Origin: Zootoca vivipara
Taxonomy: Eukaryota
DNA length: 64,000 nt
Reading direction: 5' to 3'
Assembly (NCBI RefSeq): GCF_963506605.1
Contig: NC_083288.1
Coordinates: 28,458,001-28,522,000, forward strand
Position 1 is the first letter of the stretch. The number at the start of each line of letters is the position of its first letter. The position numbers were made by a program, and so were the translations under genes. The notes beneath the pieces are model-generated. The model saw nothing but the letters and a program-made list of their open reading frames with translations. It was not told the DNA's origin and ran no database searches. Shown here piece after piece: positions 1 through 13,556 of this stretch.

Positions 1-129
1 GGGGCTGCTGGGTGCCGCAGCCCAGCACCCCTGATGGGGAGGCGCCCTGGCGCACCGTGCCACTAAGCCAAATGGAAAGGACGGCCCTGGATGTCAGGTG
101 CCATTTTGAATCAAGATTGTGCACCAAAT

Positions 130-770
130 ATGACTTTTCTGCCTGGTTCCCTGTAGCTTTACTTCTTGCATTGAGGGGAGTACTAGAAAGCCCTCGGTGC
201 TGGAACTCAGTGTCTGGGCTGAATGATGGGAGTGGAGATGTTCCTTCAGGTATACAGGGCCGAGGTCATTTAGGGCTTTAAAGGTTAGCACCAGCACTTG
301 CAATTGTGCTCAGAAACATACTGGGAACCAGCATAGATCCTTTAGGCCCCGGCAGCTGCTCCCAGTCACCAGTCTGGCTGCTTCAGTCTGGATTAGTTGT
401 AATTTTTGATTCAAAGGTAGCCCCATATAGAGAGCATTGCAGTAGTCCAAGCAGGAGATATCCAGAACATGCACCACTCTGGTGAGACAGTGAGCAGACA
501 GGTAAGATGAGCCAGTGTACCAGATGGAGCTGGTAGACAGCTGCCCTGTACACAGAGTCGGCTGCACCTCCATGGAGGACTCCATGGGCACAGTTACCCC
601 ATTCAGGACCAGGTAATCCCCCACACCTGCCCTCACCATGTTCTCCAGAAACAATACTTCTGTCTTGTTGAGGTTCAACCTCAATCCATTAGCTGCCACC
701 CATCCTCCAACTGCCTCCACACAGGATATTCACCGCCTTCCCTGGTTCTGATTTAAAAGAGAGGTAGAGC
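130..770 (-). mobile_element. Degenerate L2-clade LINE fragment (RT C-terminal region)
   Basis: Minus-strand translation contains WVAANGLRLNLNKTEVL and LDYCNALYMGLPL..KLQLIQ..AARLVTG, typical of the lizard L2 ORF2 end; frameshifted. Boundaries approximate. Confidence 0.8.
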
Positions 771-3077
771 TTTAAAAGTGCTGCTTTTAAAGTAAGTACA
801 GGCTCTCAAGTCATAGATCTAAATCCATTAAACTATTTATGAACATTTATGAAAATTAGAACTCTACGCTTAACCAAATACAGAAGTGTTAACCGAACAA
901 GGGTTAACCTTCATGCCATCATTACTGACTCAAATTAGACTAAACTGGATAAATTAATACCAAGGGAATACTTTAGAGCAAAACCAAGGCAGAAGTTCAT
1001 TTAAGACTTTAATGTTTCCTTTAACCCCTTTACACCCACCCACACCCACACCAGCCAGTTGTGTCAGGTTGGAGAGACTACCTGCTAACTAATTACACAT
1101 TAGTAGATGCACTCATCGGTGTGTCTTCAGAAAGCCATGGGACTTTATTTAAAGGAAAGACATCTACAGCATCTAGCCACTGGAAAAAAGAATACGACAA
1201 GCAAGCTGACTGTTACAATTGGGCCATAGACAAAATGAAGGCACGTGCATTATTAGATTTATTCACAGAACAAAAAAAATTGAAGCCAGCAACATAGCTA
1301 CCTATGTAACTATCATGCTTGATTCTGGAACGATTTAAAGCAAATGTGAGTAGAAAATTATCAGACCTTGTGTGTTCAGTGATGCACAAATACCAAATGT
1401 AATAATGGCCTTATTTATCTAATCAGTCTTGTTGCTAAATTGTTTGTTTTTGTGCTTTTTATTTATTGGGGGAACATTAATGGGACTTATACTGGTAAAT
1501 ATTCATTTCAATTTAAAGCATAGGGAACAGATTTAATTTAATTGCTTGTTTCTTTTATTTTCTCTCCCATATCCCCATTCAATTGATTTTTTTCCTCATG
1601 GAAAATTGTTCAATTCAGGTTGCAGTTCTCAGACAGGAGCTCCTGAATTAGAACTTCTATCATCCGTAGCTAGGAAAGCTAGTGGTCAAGGATGATGGGA
1701 ACTGTAGTCCAAAATCAGCTGGAGTCCCAAGGTTGGGAAACACTTCTGTAGAGGGAAGTGAGTGGATTTCTTCAAGAGAATAAACAGCTAAGGAGTAAAC
1801 ACTACACAAATCTGGAGTGGAGTGCCTAAGACGGTTGGATGGCATCTTGTTGCCTCGTTCCGGCAACTCCTGCTTTCCTTTGGACCACATCAGTGAGGCC
1901 AAGAGAGGGTATTGCCATCTGCAGAGCCCAGGACCTCCAGACACACTGCCTAGGCTTGCTCTCTGTTGGGATTAGGGATCCTACCTTCGCTTGGTCAGGC
2001 CACTCCATATAGACATCATCTATATGACCCCCCACCAACATAGAGCTTTCCCCCTTGCAATATTTCACATCATGCCACCCACGATTCTGCACGGAGGATT
2101 CTCAAAAATTCCATATTAAGAAAGGCATTATCCTTGCAATACAAAACAGGTCGAAACCATTGCACATGTTTTATTTTACTGCCCATTTTACACATTTTTT
2201 AAAATCTTGATAAATATTTAAACTCCATGCTGAAATAAAGGTTATATTGCCGTAACCTTTCCAAGACCTTTTCTGAGAGATGTCACGAAACTATAAGACT
2301 CGAGAGGCGCTTTTTAACCTTCTTATTAGTTTTATCTTAAAGTGTCCCCTTTTCTGAACAGATGCCAATTTTATGCTTTGGCTTATATACTTTTGTATCC
2401 TCTGTATATTAATAAATGCATGCTGGTATTTCACTGCTGAAGTTTAGGTATTAATTTATTACGGAAATGTTTGTGCTTAAATCTTTCTTTGAGAGCAATC
2501 CTACAGCTCCTCGGCCCACAATGTTGATAGCTGAAGGGGGACTTTGGTGGTGCAGAGGGGCCTCTCCTCTAGTAGAGCAGAAAACTGCTGGTGGAGAACT
2601 CGATCATGGTAGGGGCCACTGTGATGCCAAAAACTACAGCCTCTGCTGGTCGTAGCAAGTGGAAAATCCTGGTATTGGACATTTCAGACTTGAGTAATTG
2701 TGGCATTAGATCTGCTTGATCCAAAGCTTGGTGGTTACCCTAAGGCACCTGGCCCTTGGGCTCCTCAGCTGCATTGATCTGTATCTGGCACAGAGTAATC
2801 GAAGAAAGAACTATTCCATCACCTTTAGGTAAGCTGTCAAGGCTTGGGATGCAGTGGTGAATCTGCCATTCCACTCCTCCCTGGTCCCACTTAGGATTGC
2901 TCTGTTAGTGAAATCAGTGAGAATACAAAATGCTTAAAGTTGGCTGTAATGTGCCCTATGTGACGACTACTACTACTACTACTACTACTTACTGTTGTAT
3001 ATTTTACTTTACTAAATATCATGATTTGCCATTTTATTCTTTAGGTTTCGATTGCATTATTACAGATATACTTCGAG

Positions 3078-4016
3078 ATGAAGAACCAAACTATCATCTC
3101 TGAATTCATCCTCCTGGGGTTTCCCGCTGGGCTGGAGATCCAGAGTTTTCTTTTTGTGGTCTTCTTCATCACTTATATACTAACAGTCACGGAGAACCTG
3201 ATTATTATCTCTGTAGTAAAAGGAAACCGGAACCTTCACAAGCCCATGTATTTCTTCCTGGGAAACTTGTCTTTCTTAGAAATTTGGTATATCACTGTCA
3301 CACTTCCAAAATTGCTGGTAGACTTCTGGTCACAGACCAAAGTAATCTCCTTTGAGAGTTGCATGGCACAACTCTACTTCTTTATCTCCCTTATGTGCAC
3401 TGAGTGTGTCCTCCTAGCAGTCATGGCATATGATCGCTATGTAGCCATATGCAACCCACTTCGTTATCCGGTTATCATGACCCATAGATTATGCTTCCAG
3501 TTAGGTGTGCTCTCCTGGGTGTGTGGTTTTTCCATCTCCTTGGTCAAGGTCACTTTCATCTCTAGACTGAGTTTTTGTGGGCCTGGGGTCATTAATCACT
3601 TTTTTTGTGACATCTCCCCTGTTCTCAACCTCTCCTGCACTGACATGTCAGTGGCTGAGTTCGTCGATTTCATTTTAGCATTGGTCATCCTCCTCATCCC
3701 ATTGTCTGTTACTATTCTGTCCTACCTTTTTATCATCAATTCAATCTTCCGTATCCCCACAACCCAAGGGAAGAAAAAAGCCTTCTCAACTTGTGCTTCA
3801 CACCTCACAGTGGTCATCATCTTTTTTTCGACAACAGTCTTCATGTACGCTCGACCTAGAAAAATTCATCCCTTTAATCTCAACAAAATAGTGTCCATTT
3901 TCTATGCTGTGGTCACGCCAGCTCTCAACCCTCTCATCTATTGTCTGAGAAATAAAGAAGTAAAAGAGACGTTGAAGAAAAATGTGGGCAGAAAATGCTG
4001 GCTTGGCTCAAAATAA
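3078..4016 (+). CDS. OR6B1: Intact olfactory receptor, OR6B1-like (312 aa)
   Basis: NQT glycosylation site, [62 protein letters not shown]; closely matches recalled mammalian OR6B1 motifs ([17 protein letters not shown]). Candidate 5'UTR acceptor ttctttag|G at 3044/3045. Confidence 0.9.
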   Translation: MKNQTIISEFILLGFPAGLEIQSFLFVVFFITYILTVTENLIIISVVKGNRNLHKPMYFFLGNLSFLEIWYITVTLPKLLVDFWSQTKVISFESCMAQLYFFISLMCTECVLLAVMAYDRYVAICNPLRYPVIMTHRLCFQLGVLSWVCGFSISLVKVTFISRLSFCGPGVINHFFCDISPVLNLSCTDMSVAEFVDFILALVILLIPLSVTILSYLFIINSIFRIPTTQGKKKAFSTCASHLTVVIIFFSTTVFMYARPRKIHPFNLNKIVSIFYAVVTPALNPLIYCLRNKEVKETLKKNVGRKCWLGSK

Positions 4017-4444
4017 TGCTGCCCTTCCAAATCAAGATAGGTGGGGTTCTCTAAACCAAGAAGAAATAAGTCTTAATAATTCCATTGTCCAAGGTCAGGA
4101 ATCTCTGCCAGTGGGATGGGAAGTAAGTAAAAAGCAACCCACTCCAATAACCTGGCCACTTCTTTTCTCCTTATTATATGACTACCATTATGGTAAGAAA
4201 GATGTTGGAAGGAGCTAGTCTGGAGGGCCAGAAGAAGGCCTCCGGGATATTACATTTATTATCTTGGTGATCCCCATTTCTTGTTGTTCAGATAAAATAA
4301 ATAGAAAAAATAAACCATGTCTAGTTGTTTTATAAATTTTATAGAGATCTCCAGAAAGAATTGATTCAGTAACTCTCTTGCATAACCCCACACTACAGAT
4401 AAAAGGCAATTTGCAAAAATATTGGCTTGTCTAAAGTCATCTAT

Positions 4445-4587
4445 TAGGGTTGCCATATTTTGAAGAGAAAAAAGAGGGCACATTTGTCAACTTCTACTTT
4501 TAACTATGAATTGCTATGACAACTCTCATTTTACATACGCATGAAAAAGGAGATGTGTTCTGGAAAAAGAAAATGTATGGCAACCTT
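4445..4587. mobile_element. hAT-like MITE with TAGGGTTGCCA-type ends
   Basis: tagggttgccata ... tatggcaacctt inverted ends; no clear TSD. Confidence 0.55.
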
Positions 4588-4782
4588 GAGTCCTGAGCCA
4601 TAGCTGAGCCCTGAGCCAAATTGGGCATATTCAGATGGACTATGGCATTGGACCAATCAGGTACAGACAACCATGGTTGAGTTGGATGACCCAGAGCCAT
4701 CCTTACAAGGGGTGGGGTCTTGTCATGGTGTAAGGCATCAGGCAGGAAAGAGAGTAAGGCATCAAGTGGGAAAACCATGACC

Positions 4783-4872
4783 CATAGCTGCCAAGTTTTC
4801 CCTTTTCTCATGAGGAAGCCTATTCAGCATAAGGGAATTTCCCTCAAAAAAAGGGATAACTTGGCAGCTATG
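4783..4872 (+). mobile_element. 90-bp hAT MITE, copy 1
   Basis: TIR catagctgccaagtt / aacttggcagctatg; 8-bp TSD ccatgacc on both sides. Confidence 0.9.
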
Positions 4873-7276
4873 CCATGACCTCTGGCTGCATCTTCCAGGG
4901 AAAGAAAGAGCTTGCAGTTATAGGTAATGGCAGATCTTAGCCTTTCCATTGAGTTTTCCCATCTGATGCTTGACTCTCCTTCTTGCCTGAGGCCTGTCCC
5001 TCAAGGCCTGGTACTCCATGAAACTTCAATACCCCCCTCACAGGAGATATTGATGTTGCATGATTCAGGGTGCTCCTTTGTAAGTGGCATCCCAGGAGAG
5101 AGGCTGCTTCAAAGGAGCACTGAATTAACATCTCCCCTGAACAGGGAGGTGCTCATCCTGTATAGTGCAGTGTGACCCTTTGCCAGCTGCTTCCCAGGGG
5201 CTGGGAACTGGATCTGGCTGGTGGATCAGATCCTTAACTTTACTGTAGTCTATATGGGTCAGCTTTGAAAGTGGGCACAAGCCTCACTTGAGTGTTTTTG
5301 TCCAGCTGGAATGCATCATTGAACTCTCATAAAGCTTCTTGTTGCATGGCTGTACACTGGGAAGAACTAGCTGCAAAAATGGGCAGAGGAATGGCTGTGA
5401 CTCTTCGTACAGCAGCCTACATTCCAGCCACACAAATGCCAAAGGTTTGCACACGCACAACAAATCTCCTTGCTCCTTCTAGGTGAGCAAGAAGTTATAT
5501 CACAGTTTAAGAACACATTCCAGTCAGAAAAAGCATGCATGCAAGGGACTTGGGCCTGTGGGAAGTCCAGAGGGTCAAATAGAGAGGCCTAGGGGACTGC
5601 ATTGGCCCCCAGACCTGATGTTCTCTAGTCCCGAGTAACTGATATGAAACCTGAGATGTCATGGGCCACCAGTTTTTCTATGAACCTACCAATAGGTTTA
5701 GGTCAACTATTAAGGCCCTGATCTGTGTGGTTCCCTCATCTCTGAGGTGCAGAGGATGGTGAAACACAAATTTCTCAGTAGCAGGGGTGCCAATTTGACT
5801 AAAGTATTGAGGAGGACAGGTAAGCCCTGCCCCACATAATCAATCAAATGACACAGACACACACACACAGACACACACACACAGACACACACTGTACTAC
5901 TTAAATGGCAAGCTATGAAACATCTTGCTTCTTCTCTATTAGCTTAAGGATCACCTAAATATCATTTTATTTCTGAAGGTGTTTGAGATGTAACAAGATA
6001 CATTTCTCTCTTAATTGTCCACGATTTGTGTTTTGTGATTGTCACTTTAAAAATACTCTTTGTTTTGCACTGGCATTGTCAATCTTGCTATCTTTTTTCA
6101 AGCAGCTTTGACTACCTGTATGGAATGAGGGGGGGGGGGAAAGAGAAAATAATATAATATAAAATTAATACAGACAAAGCACCTTTTTTTTAAGCAAAAG
6201 CAGCTGTAAAGTGTGAGTAGGGTGAGATGTGATTTTTTTTTATTCTGCCTTTTTAAAATTATTCTTACTGTATTGACTTAGGTGACTTTAGGTGACTTGT
6301 TCTTCTGAACCATCAAGCCCAAATGGCTAACTTAACCCCCAAAGAATTCTTGGCCCCAGTGATTTTACTTTCAAGTTCAAAGTGAAAGACACTGAAATGA
6401 CCAAATTGCTCTCTGGTCCCAAGAGTGAAGCTTTAATAGTTTATGAAAAGGACAATGTTGGTTTTCAACATAATTCAATTACAGGCTTTGATTATGTATA
6501 CAGGACACATATCAAGTTGATGCTTAAGTCTAAAATAGTAACTAGAGGGAGTATCAATTGACAAAGTTAGGAGTAATAATAAATAAAACACAAAGAGTTA
6601 ACCACAGAATACCCAGGGGTCCAGAGGAGTCGTTAGAATAATAAGGCCTTAGTGTATCCACAGAATTTGCAGAGCTTTCTTTGTTCAACAATTAGAAGCA
6701 AGCTGTTAATATATCCCTGTAGGAGACTGAATTTGTAGCATGTTGAGATACAATAAAAGTAAAATACTGCACTGCACACAGAAAGCAAGAAAGTAAGCAT
6801 TAATGAAACTGCTAAAATATATGGCCCAGCTTAGCCCTTATTATAAATTTGTGACAAAACATCAATGAGAAATACATTAAGGGAGAAAATGTTGGACAGA
6901 GAGTGGATATCAAAACTTTTAATTCTTTGTTTGCAAGCAATGTATAGCATTGAACCAAACATGAAAGATAATGAAAAAGATTTAGCACTACTGTTGCGTG
7001 GGAATTCTAAAAAACTAAGAAATTCTGAGAGGTATAAATGAATAGTGGTCTCTATAAGAATGCACAGAGGAGGGGAAACAAGCATGATGAAACTGTGCTC
7101 TAAATAGAAGATAGCAGATATGACCTAATAGGCATTACTGAAACCTGCTGGTATGAGACTTAAGATCGGAAAATAGAAATTGAGGGGCATAAACTTATTT
7201 TTTATTTTTTTAAAGACCAAACAGGAAGGGAGGAGGAGTAACTGGGGCTTATTTTACTCCAACATCTGGGCCTCTG

Positions 7277-8058
7277 TGTTGCGTGTTTAGACCTTTAAAC
7301 CTCCCCCTTAAATAAATTCACACAAGACTCAAATTTTTGGTTTGGTTTTTGGCAGAATTTAGGCCACAACTTTATTGATTGCAGTAAGTGAGTGGTTGCA
7401 TAGACTCTGGTTCAACTACTGGTAGCTCCCTCTACCATTGCAGGTAGTGCTGACCCAGGGCTCTACCATAGGTCAGCCAAGGGTGAACACCTGGAATGGT
7501 GGAAAGCTGGGGAAATGCTCTCTCCACCACCCAGATGTCCCCCTGGACTCAGGCACAGGCACAACCCCTCTCAGGGTTGACGAAACCATTGGGTCCCTGG
7601 ATTCCTTTAACGGAATACCCCTTCACAAAGGGATGGTGAGAGCGTTCCCCCATCCCTATCACCTGAACCAGAGCCTGCAACCTTACAACCTTGTGACAAT
7701 TTGCTATGCGGCAGGCAAAACCCAAATGGCACCAAGTCTTGGCCATGTGACCCAATGGCACTTGACCCAATCAGCCAAGTGGGGGAAATTCCTGCCATGC
7801 CCCTGTCCCAACGACAGACGATGGCATAGCAAGGTCAAGCATGCAAGCCCTAAATATAGGGAGAGGTGGGTGGGTGTTCCAAGAGAGAAAGCTCAGGGTC
7901 ATGTGCATGGGCATATATAGGTCCCTTGGTCCATTTGGCTAGCCTCCCCATTGGTCAGATTCAACCCGGCATCAAGGGACCTACCAATTGAGTGTTGTGG
8001 CTATCCAATCGTACTCACCCACAACACAAGGGTTAGGTTGCCAGGCCTCACTGCAACA
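7277..8058 (-). mobile_element. LTR-like element (probable solo LTR), family X copy 1
   Basis: tgttgc...gcaaca ends, minus-strand aataaagttgtggcc, shares conserved core with copies at 8.7, 10.8, 13.6 and 62.5 kb; no TSD seen. Confidence 0.65.
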
Positions 8059-8142
8059 CGATTTCATTCACAGCTTGTTGAGAGGCAGATTTCAGGGGGT
8101 GCAATTGGTTCCACTGCATTGGGCACCAACACTAGAGGGTAC

Positions 8143-8306
8143 TGTTGTTGTTGTTTAGTCGTCTTAGTCGTGTTCGACTCTCCGTGACCCCATAAACCAG
8201 GGCATGCCTTGGAAACTCTCACTTCCTTCTCAAAGCTTCTCCTTTTTTATGTCCATGGAGTTTTCATGGCAAAATACTGGAATGGGTTGCCAGTTCCTTC
8301 TCCAGG
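8143..8306 (-). mobile_element. Short BovB-derived/SINE-like fragment with (CAA)n tail
   Basis: tgttgttgttgtttagtcgt..agtcgtgttcgactc matches the BovB 3' end at 52001; ...atactggaatgggttgccagttccttctccagg resembles the BovB/Bov-A 5' region. Confidence 0.7.
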
Positions 8307-8698
8307 AGAGGGTGCTGTAGGTCTTTGCAATTATTACATCGTGAATTGAGCAGAATGGAAGGCGAAATTTTGGCCTTACACAGAGTGCTGCTGAAAATTT
8401 AAAGACCAAAGCCCACCACTGATTTGTTCCTTCTGGTTTTACTATGAATGGGCCTAGGTAGAATGGTCAATATTCTCCTGATGATTCTTTTAAGCTATTA
8501 ACATGCAGGAAAATACGTAAAAAGGAAAAGAAAAAAGAAAACCTATACCACAGTATTACAGGACAGTAAGTTTTGACATAAAGGAGTGCAGATTTTAGAA
8601 ACTGGAATTGACAACCTCAGAATTTCAGAAAAACCATTTCCTTTAAATTCCACACGGAAAATCATCAAAATTATCAGTTATATGACATGAAAATACAA

Positions 8699-9603
8699 AT
8701 TGCGTGTGGAGGTCCCCAAAACCACCCCTCAAATAACTCACCACATAGACAGAATTTTTGTTTAATGGTTTTTGGCATGAATTTGGCCACAACTTTTATT
8801 TAATACAAAACATGTGAGTGGTTGCGTAGGCATTGGTTCTCAACTGTCACCTAAGGACAGAAATAATAATAACTTGCCTTGTCAACACGGGGAAATCCTA
8901 CAGGGAGAGACGGGGACCCGGGTGCAATGAACTCTCCCCTCTCCCTTCAGGCTCCCAGGGGCCTCAATACGCTGTCCTGGCCCCCTACCTTGGTGTTACG
9001 GACCATAGCTGCCAAGTTTTCCCTTTTCTCGCGAGGAAGCCTATTCAGCATAAGGGAAAATCCCTGTAAAAAAGGGATAACTTGGCAGCTATGTTACGGA
9101 CACAGCATAGAGCCCCTGTATTCCTGACCGGGATTTCCCCAACCACGCAGGCATAAACTTGGGGCCAACATAATCAATAAGACCCTTTAATACAACCAAA
9201 ATAACCAATGCCTAACCACCAACCTTACAAGTTGTGACTATTTCCTATGCAGTAGGCAAAAAACCAGATGGCACCAGCCAATCAGCCAAATGGAAAAAAT
9301 TCCTACCAGGCCCCTGAATACAGGCAACCCCTGAAGAGGCACAGCAATGTCAACACAGAGGCCTAAAAAACAGCGGAGGGAGGGTGGGGATCAGAAATGC
9401 AGCCAAAGAGAAAGAGAAACCAAGCATTTAGCCATTTATACCCCAGGGGTTGGACTTACCACTTGCAACATGCTATTTTGCCCAACAACAGCCCAGGACC
9501 AATCGGGCGGTGGCCACTCATGCCCCCACCTTTGACTCAGGAGTGGTTTGCTAGCCCCCACCGCAAATCTCTATGATAGAGAACCCGCATTGCAGTTTTA
9601 ACA
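8699..9603 (-). mobile_element. LTR-like element, family X copy 2 (contains nested MITE)
   Basis: Homologous to copies 1 and 3; minus-strand TATAAA near 9436, ccaat near 9500, AATAAA near 8797; boundaries approximate. Confidence 0.65.
9004..9093 (+). mobile_element. 90-bp hAT MITE, copy 2
   Basis: Same TIRs as 4783; 8-bp TSD ttacggac. Confidence 0.9.
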
Positions 9604-10831
9604 GGTTTTCCACACTATGTGATTTCTGCTGTGATAATAGTGTGTCTAGAGCAATCATGTTCTTCATTTAAGAGTATGGAGCCTGGCCCTGGCAAAATCG
9701 TCATAGGAAGAAATTACAGGTACTTTGCCAGCCCTCTTCACAATTTCTCTTTCCTAAGAATATGGCACAAATGCTGGACCTCCCAAACCACTACACATAT
9801 TGATTGGGACATAGAATGTGTATATAAATGATTGAGGGATGGCCTTCAGATGTAGAAATATGCAAGAACCAAAATTTGTGGGTTCTTATGAGGAGGGAGC
9901 TTTAACATTTGCATCTACTATAGTGCCAATTCAGATTAGAACCCAGGAAGTAGCCAATTGCTCGCATTGAGTGCCCAAGCCATTAAGACACACCCAGGTC
10001 ACATATCAAGAGTTTAGGAGCTCTGTTGATTATAGCTGAGGAGCACTCCCGTCAACCCATATGTAGCCAGACAGGATGGAGGCAGGCAGTCATCTCAATG
10101 GAGACACATTACTGGTACCCAGGAGCATTCATGTTTTCATCTGTGATTTTTTTTGGAAGGGATGTAATGATTACATAGTTAGAAAACACACTTGGATTAA
10201 TGATTTGTCTCTTTTATTTTCCCCATGTGTGCAGTCAAACTAGTCCAGCCCATGTTTGTGAATAGGATTTGAGGATATATTAAAGGCCAAGTAATAGCAG
10301 ACTGCTGCTCTTTCATATAAGGAGTGGTGAACCAAAAATAAATTTTGGTCCCTTTTTAGTGGGAGTGCTTGTTCTAAGTGCACCGACTTTGAAATAAACT
10401 CAACCAGATAATTAAGAAACTGTGCAGCACCGCTATGTAAGTGCATCATAAACAACACTGGGGTAAACATCAAGTGGAAACCATGACTGCAACTAAGGTA
10501 AGTGGGGGATATGAATTAATATTGACAATGCAGTCGGATATTTGCATGCTGAATAGTATTTTTCTACCACTTACAGTAAAAGAAATCTCAAAGAATTTAA
10601 AAAGTTTTTTTTAAAAAAAAACATGTTAAAGCAATTTACAACGTAGACTAGACTCACTGAAATAAATGAATCTAAGTTAGTTGTGTCCATTAATTTCAGT
10701 GTGTAATCATAAATTGTGAATCGTATGATGCCATTCGAACTCTGCACCATACTTAATCTAATAATTATTTGCTATGCAGTTCTTTGAAACTCTTGTTTGT
10801 GAGCATTTACTCCAAACTAATTGGCCAAGGA

Positions 10832-11656
10832 GTTGCGTGTTGAGGTCACAGGACATCCCCCCAATAATTCACACATCACACAGCAATTTAAGTTTTCAGT
10901 TTTTGACATTATTTTGGCCACAACTTTATTTAAAATACAACAAAATGTGAGTGGTTGCTTAGGCAGTAAATGTGAGTGGTTGCTTAGGCATTGCTTCATC
11001 CATCTGTCCCCTGCCCTGGGACAGATCTGACATCCCTAGCCATCTTGGGAAGTCAGTAGGTAAACACCCCCTGAGAGAGGATGGAGCCGTGTGTCAGGCC
11101 CTTCACCTCTCCCTGAATGCTTTTGCATGGCCCTAGCCCCTAGCGGGGATACAGACGAGAGCCCGTCGAGCCCCAGGATTCCTTTAACGGAATACCTCTA
11201 TAAGCAGCAGCAATTTTGAGGGGTAGGCCCAGCCTTCCCATACCCTTCCACCAACCAATTTTTAAACTAATGCCTAATCACCAACCTTACAAGTTGTGAT
11301 GATTTGCTACGCAGTAGGCAAAAACCAAATGGCAACAGCCAATCAACCAAATAGACAAAATTCCTACCAGGCCCTGCCCCAAAGCAGGCGACCCCATGAC
11401 AGGCATAGCAATGTCAAAGCAAAAGGCCCTTCAAGAGTGAAATCAAAAGCTGCCCACAGGAATTTATAACGGCTATCGCTATCAATCATTAACTTGCAAC
11501 ATGACTTTTCCTCCAGCAACCAAACTGCCCAATCACCCTGTGGCCATTTAGACTAATCTGCCCAGCAACCCAGGGGAATGTACTGTTAACCCTTCCGCAA
11601 CATGTGCTCTCAATGAATGGAGAACCCGATCTATGGTATTGCATGGTGAGCCATAC
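10832..11656 (-). mobile_element. LTR-like element, family X copy 3
   Basis: Homologous to copy 2 along its length; ends about 290 bp upstream of the OR ATG at 11947; boundaries approximate. Confidence 0.65.
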
Positions 11657-11946
11657 AACTCTCAAAGCTGCCCCTCCTCCCAGAGGCTTGATGAATGTCC
11701 AAGGCTATATGATCCTATATATACTCAGCTGTGGGATTATTCCAGTTGATCTCAGTGGATGTTAATTTCTTAGCAGAGATGTCCAGGATTGAATCAGCTT
11801 AATGGTCTTCCTTCTTTGCAGTATCTCAAAGGAGAAGACTTCTGACATTGCCAGGTGCTTTTCTTTCTAAAAAAGAAACAAATCTGATTGTCAAACCTTT
11901 CCAGTTAAAATTAATTCTCTCAGTGTGATCCAAATGATATGCGGCC

Positions 11947-12876
11947 ATGGAAGTTAACAATCAAACTTCTGTGACAGAATTCATCTTACTGGGCTTCTCG
12001 GGCTTCTCTCAAGCACAATTTCCCCTCTTTGTGGCTTTTGTATCTGCCTATGCAGGAGCTCTAGTGGGCAACGTTTCTATCATCACATTGATCAGGGTCT
12101 GTCAAACACTTCACACTCCCATGTACTTTTTCCTGGTCAACCTCTCCCTTCTGGACATTTGCACCATCACTGCAATCATTCCCCAGATGCTGTTGAATTT
12201 AATGGATGAGAAAAAGACCATCTCCTTCCAATGCTGCTTAACACAGGCATATTTCTTTGTCGTCTTCCTGGCTGCTGAACTGCTGTTGTTGGCTGTGATG
12301 GCTTTTGACCGCTATGTAGCTATCTGCCACCCTTTGCGCTACACCATTATCATGAGCCAGAAAGTCTGCAGTTACTTAGTGATTGGGACATGGGTGCTTG
12401 GTATTCTACTTGCCAATGTTCATGTTCTCTCTGTCCTCCGCTTGTCCTTCTGTGGACCCAGTACTATCAACCACTTCTTCTGTGAGCTGCCACCACTGCT
12501 TCAGCTCTCCTGCACAGACACAACCTTCAACCAGTATCTAATGTTGGTGACGGACCTCTTTTTGGGCTTTGGTTGCTTTCTGATGACTCTAGTCTCTTAC
12601 ATCTACATTGTTTCCTCTATCCTGAAGATCCAATCGGTGCAAGGGAAGAAAAAGGCTTTCTCCACATGCTCCTCTCATTTGATGGTGGTGACACTTTTCT
12701 ACAGTTCAGTCATTTACACTTATGTTAGACCTCCATCCATGTACCTTGACATGGACAAAATTGTAGCGGTATTGTACACAGTGATCACCCCTATTCTCAA
12801 CCCCCTTATTTACAGTCTAAGAAACAAGGAGGTAAAAGAGGCATTTAAGAAGTTTGTGAGGCTGGACAGAAACTAA
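11947..12876 (+). CDS. Intact class II olfactory receptor, OR13G/OR13A/OR5V-like (309 aa)
   Basis: NQT, LHTPMYFFL, MAFDRYVAICHPLRY, HFFCELPPLLQLSC, KAFSTCSSHL, IYTYVRP, NPLIYSLRNKEVK; candidate acceptor ctctcag| at 11923. Confidence 0.92.
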   Translation: MEVNNQTSVTEFILLGFSGFSQAQFPLFVAFVSAYAGALVGNVSIITLIRVCQTLHTPMYFFLVNLSLLDICTITAIIPQMLLNLMDEKKTISFQCCLTQAYFFVVFLAAELLLLAVMAFDRYVAICHPLRYTIIMSQKVCSYLVIGTWVLGILLANVHVLSVLRLSFCGPSTINHFFCELPPLLQLSCTDTTFNQYLMLVTDLFLGFGCFLMTLVSYIYIVSSILKIQSVQGKKKAFSTCSSHLMVVTLFYSSVIYTYVRPPSMYLDMDKIVAVLYTVITPILNPLIYSLRNKEVKEAFKKFVRLDRN

Positions 12877-13556
12877 GGTAATCCTCAACTCAGAATTGAA
12901 GAATTAGAACAGATTTTCTTCTAGCCTGATATCAGAAATACTAGGGGTATTCTACATAGTGGCCACACCATCACTCTTAATGTAAATCTCTCATTGCCTT
13001 GGAGCTAAACAACACACATTTCCTATGTATGTCTTTTGGGTACCTGTATCCCTACACTGAAATTCTCTTTAAAACCTGTTTAATGTGATAAATTTCACTA
13101 GAAAAAGCATGCTAAATAATGTTGCAACAAACACTGGAGCTGTTGGGGGGGTGAGAGGCAGATCAGATTTGTCAAGAGGAATGGTTAAATAGCCAAGACT
13201 GTGCATCACAATGAATTATCACAGTTAATTTAACATGATTTCCTTTTATTATTAAAACATGTGGCAAATTGTTACATATGTGAAAATTCATCTTAACTAC
13301 ATGCTAACACTAGAAAGCCTTCAGTTGCCTTTCTTTTTAATTAGAAACACTTCAGTTTCATTTTCTTTTTAATTAGGATGATTCTATATCATGTAGCAAA
13401 CTCCCTCAGTAAAGATGGGAACAAGAGAATGTGACCAGGTCTGGGTGATTTAAACTTAGACAAGTCAGATATGTCAGACACTATGAATTCAGAGGTTCTC
13501 TGTATGTGGCAGTGTTTACTATATTCCAGCAGCAACTACTCTTGTTGTAGGGGTCC

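Noticed and set aside
770-1320. Possible old L1 remnant (and a CR1 endonuclease remnant near 7130-7240)
   Set aside because: Too degenerate to delimit or classify without a search.
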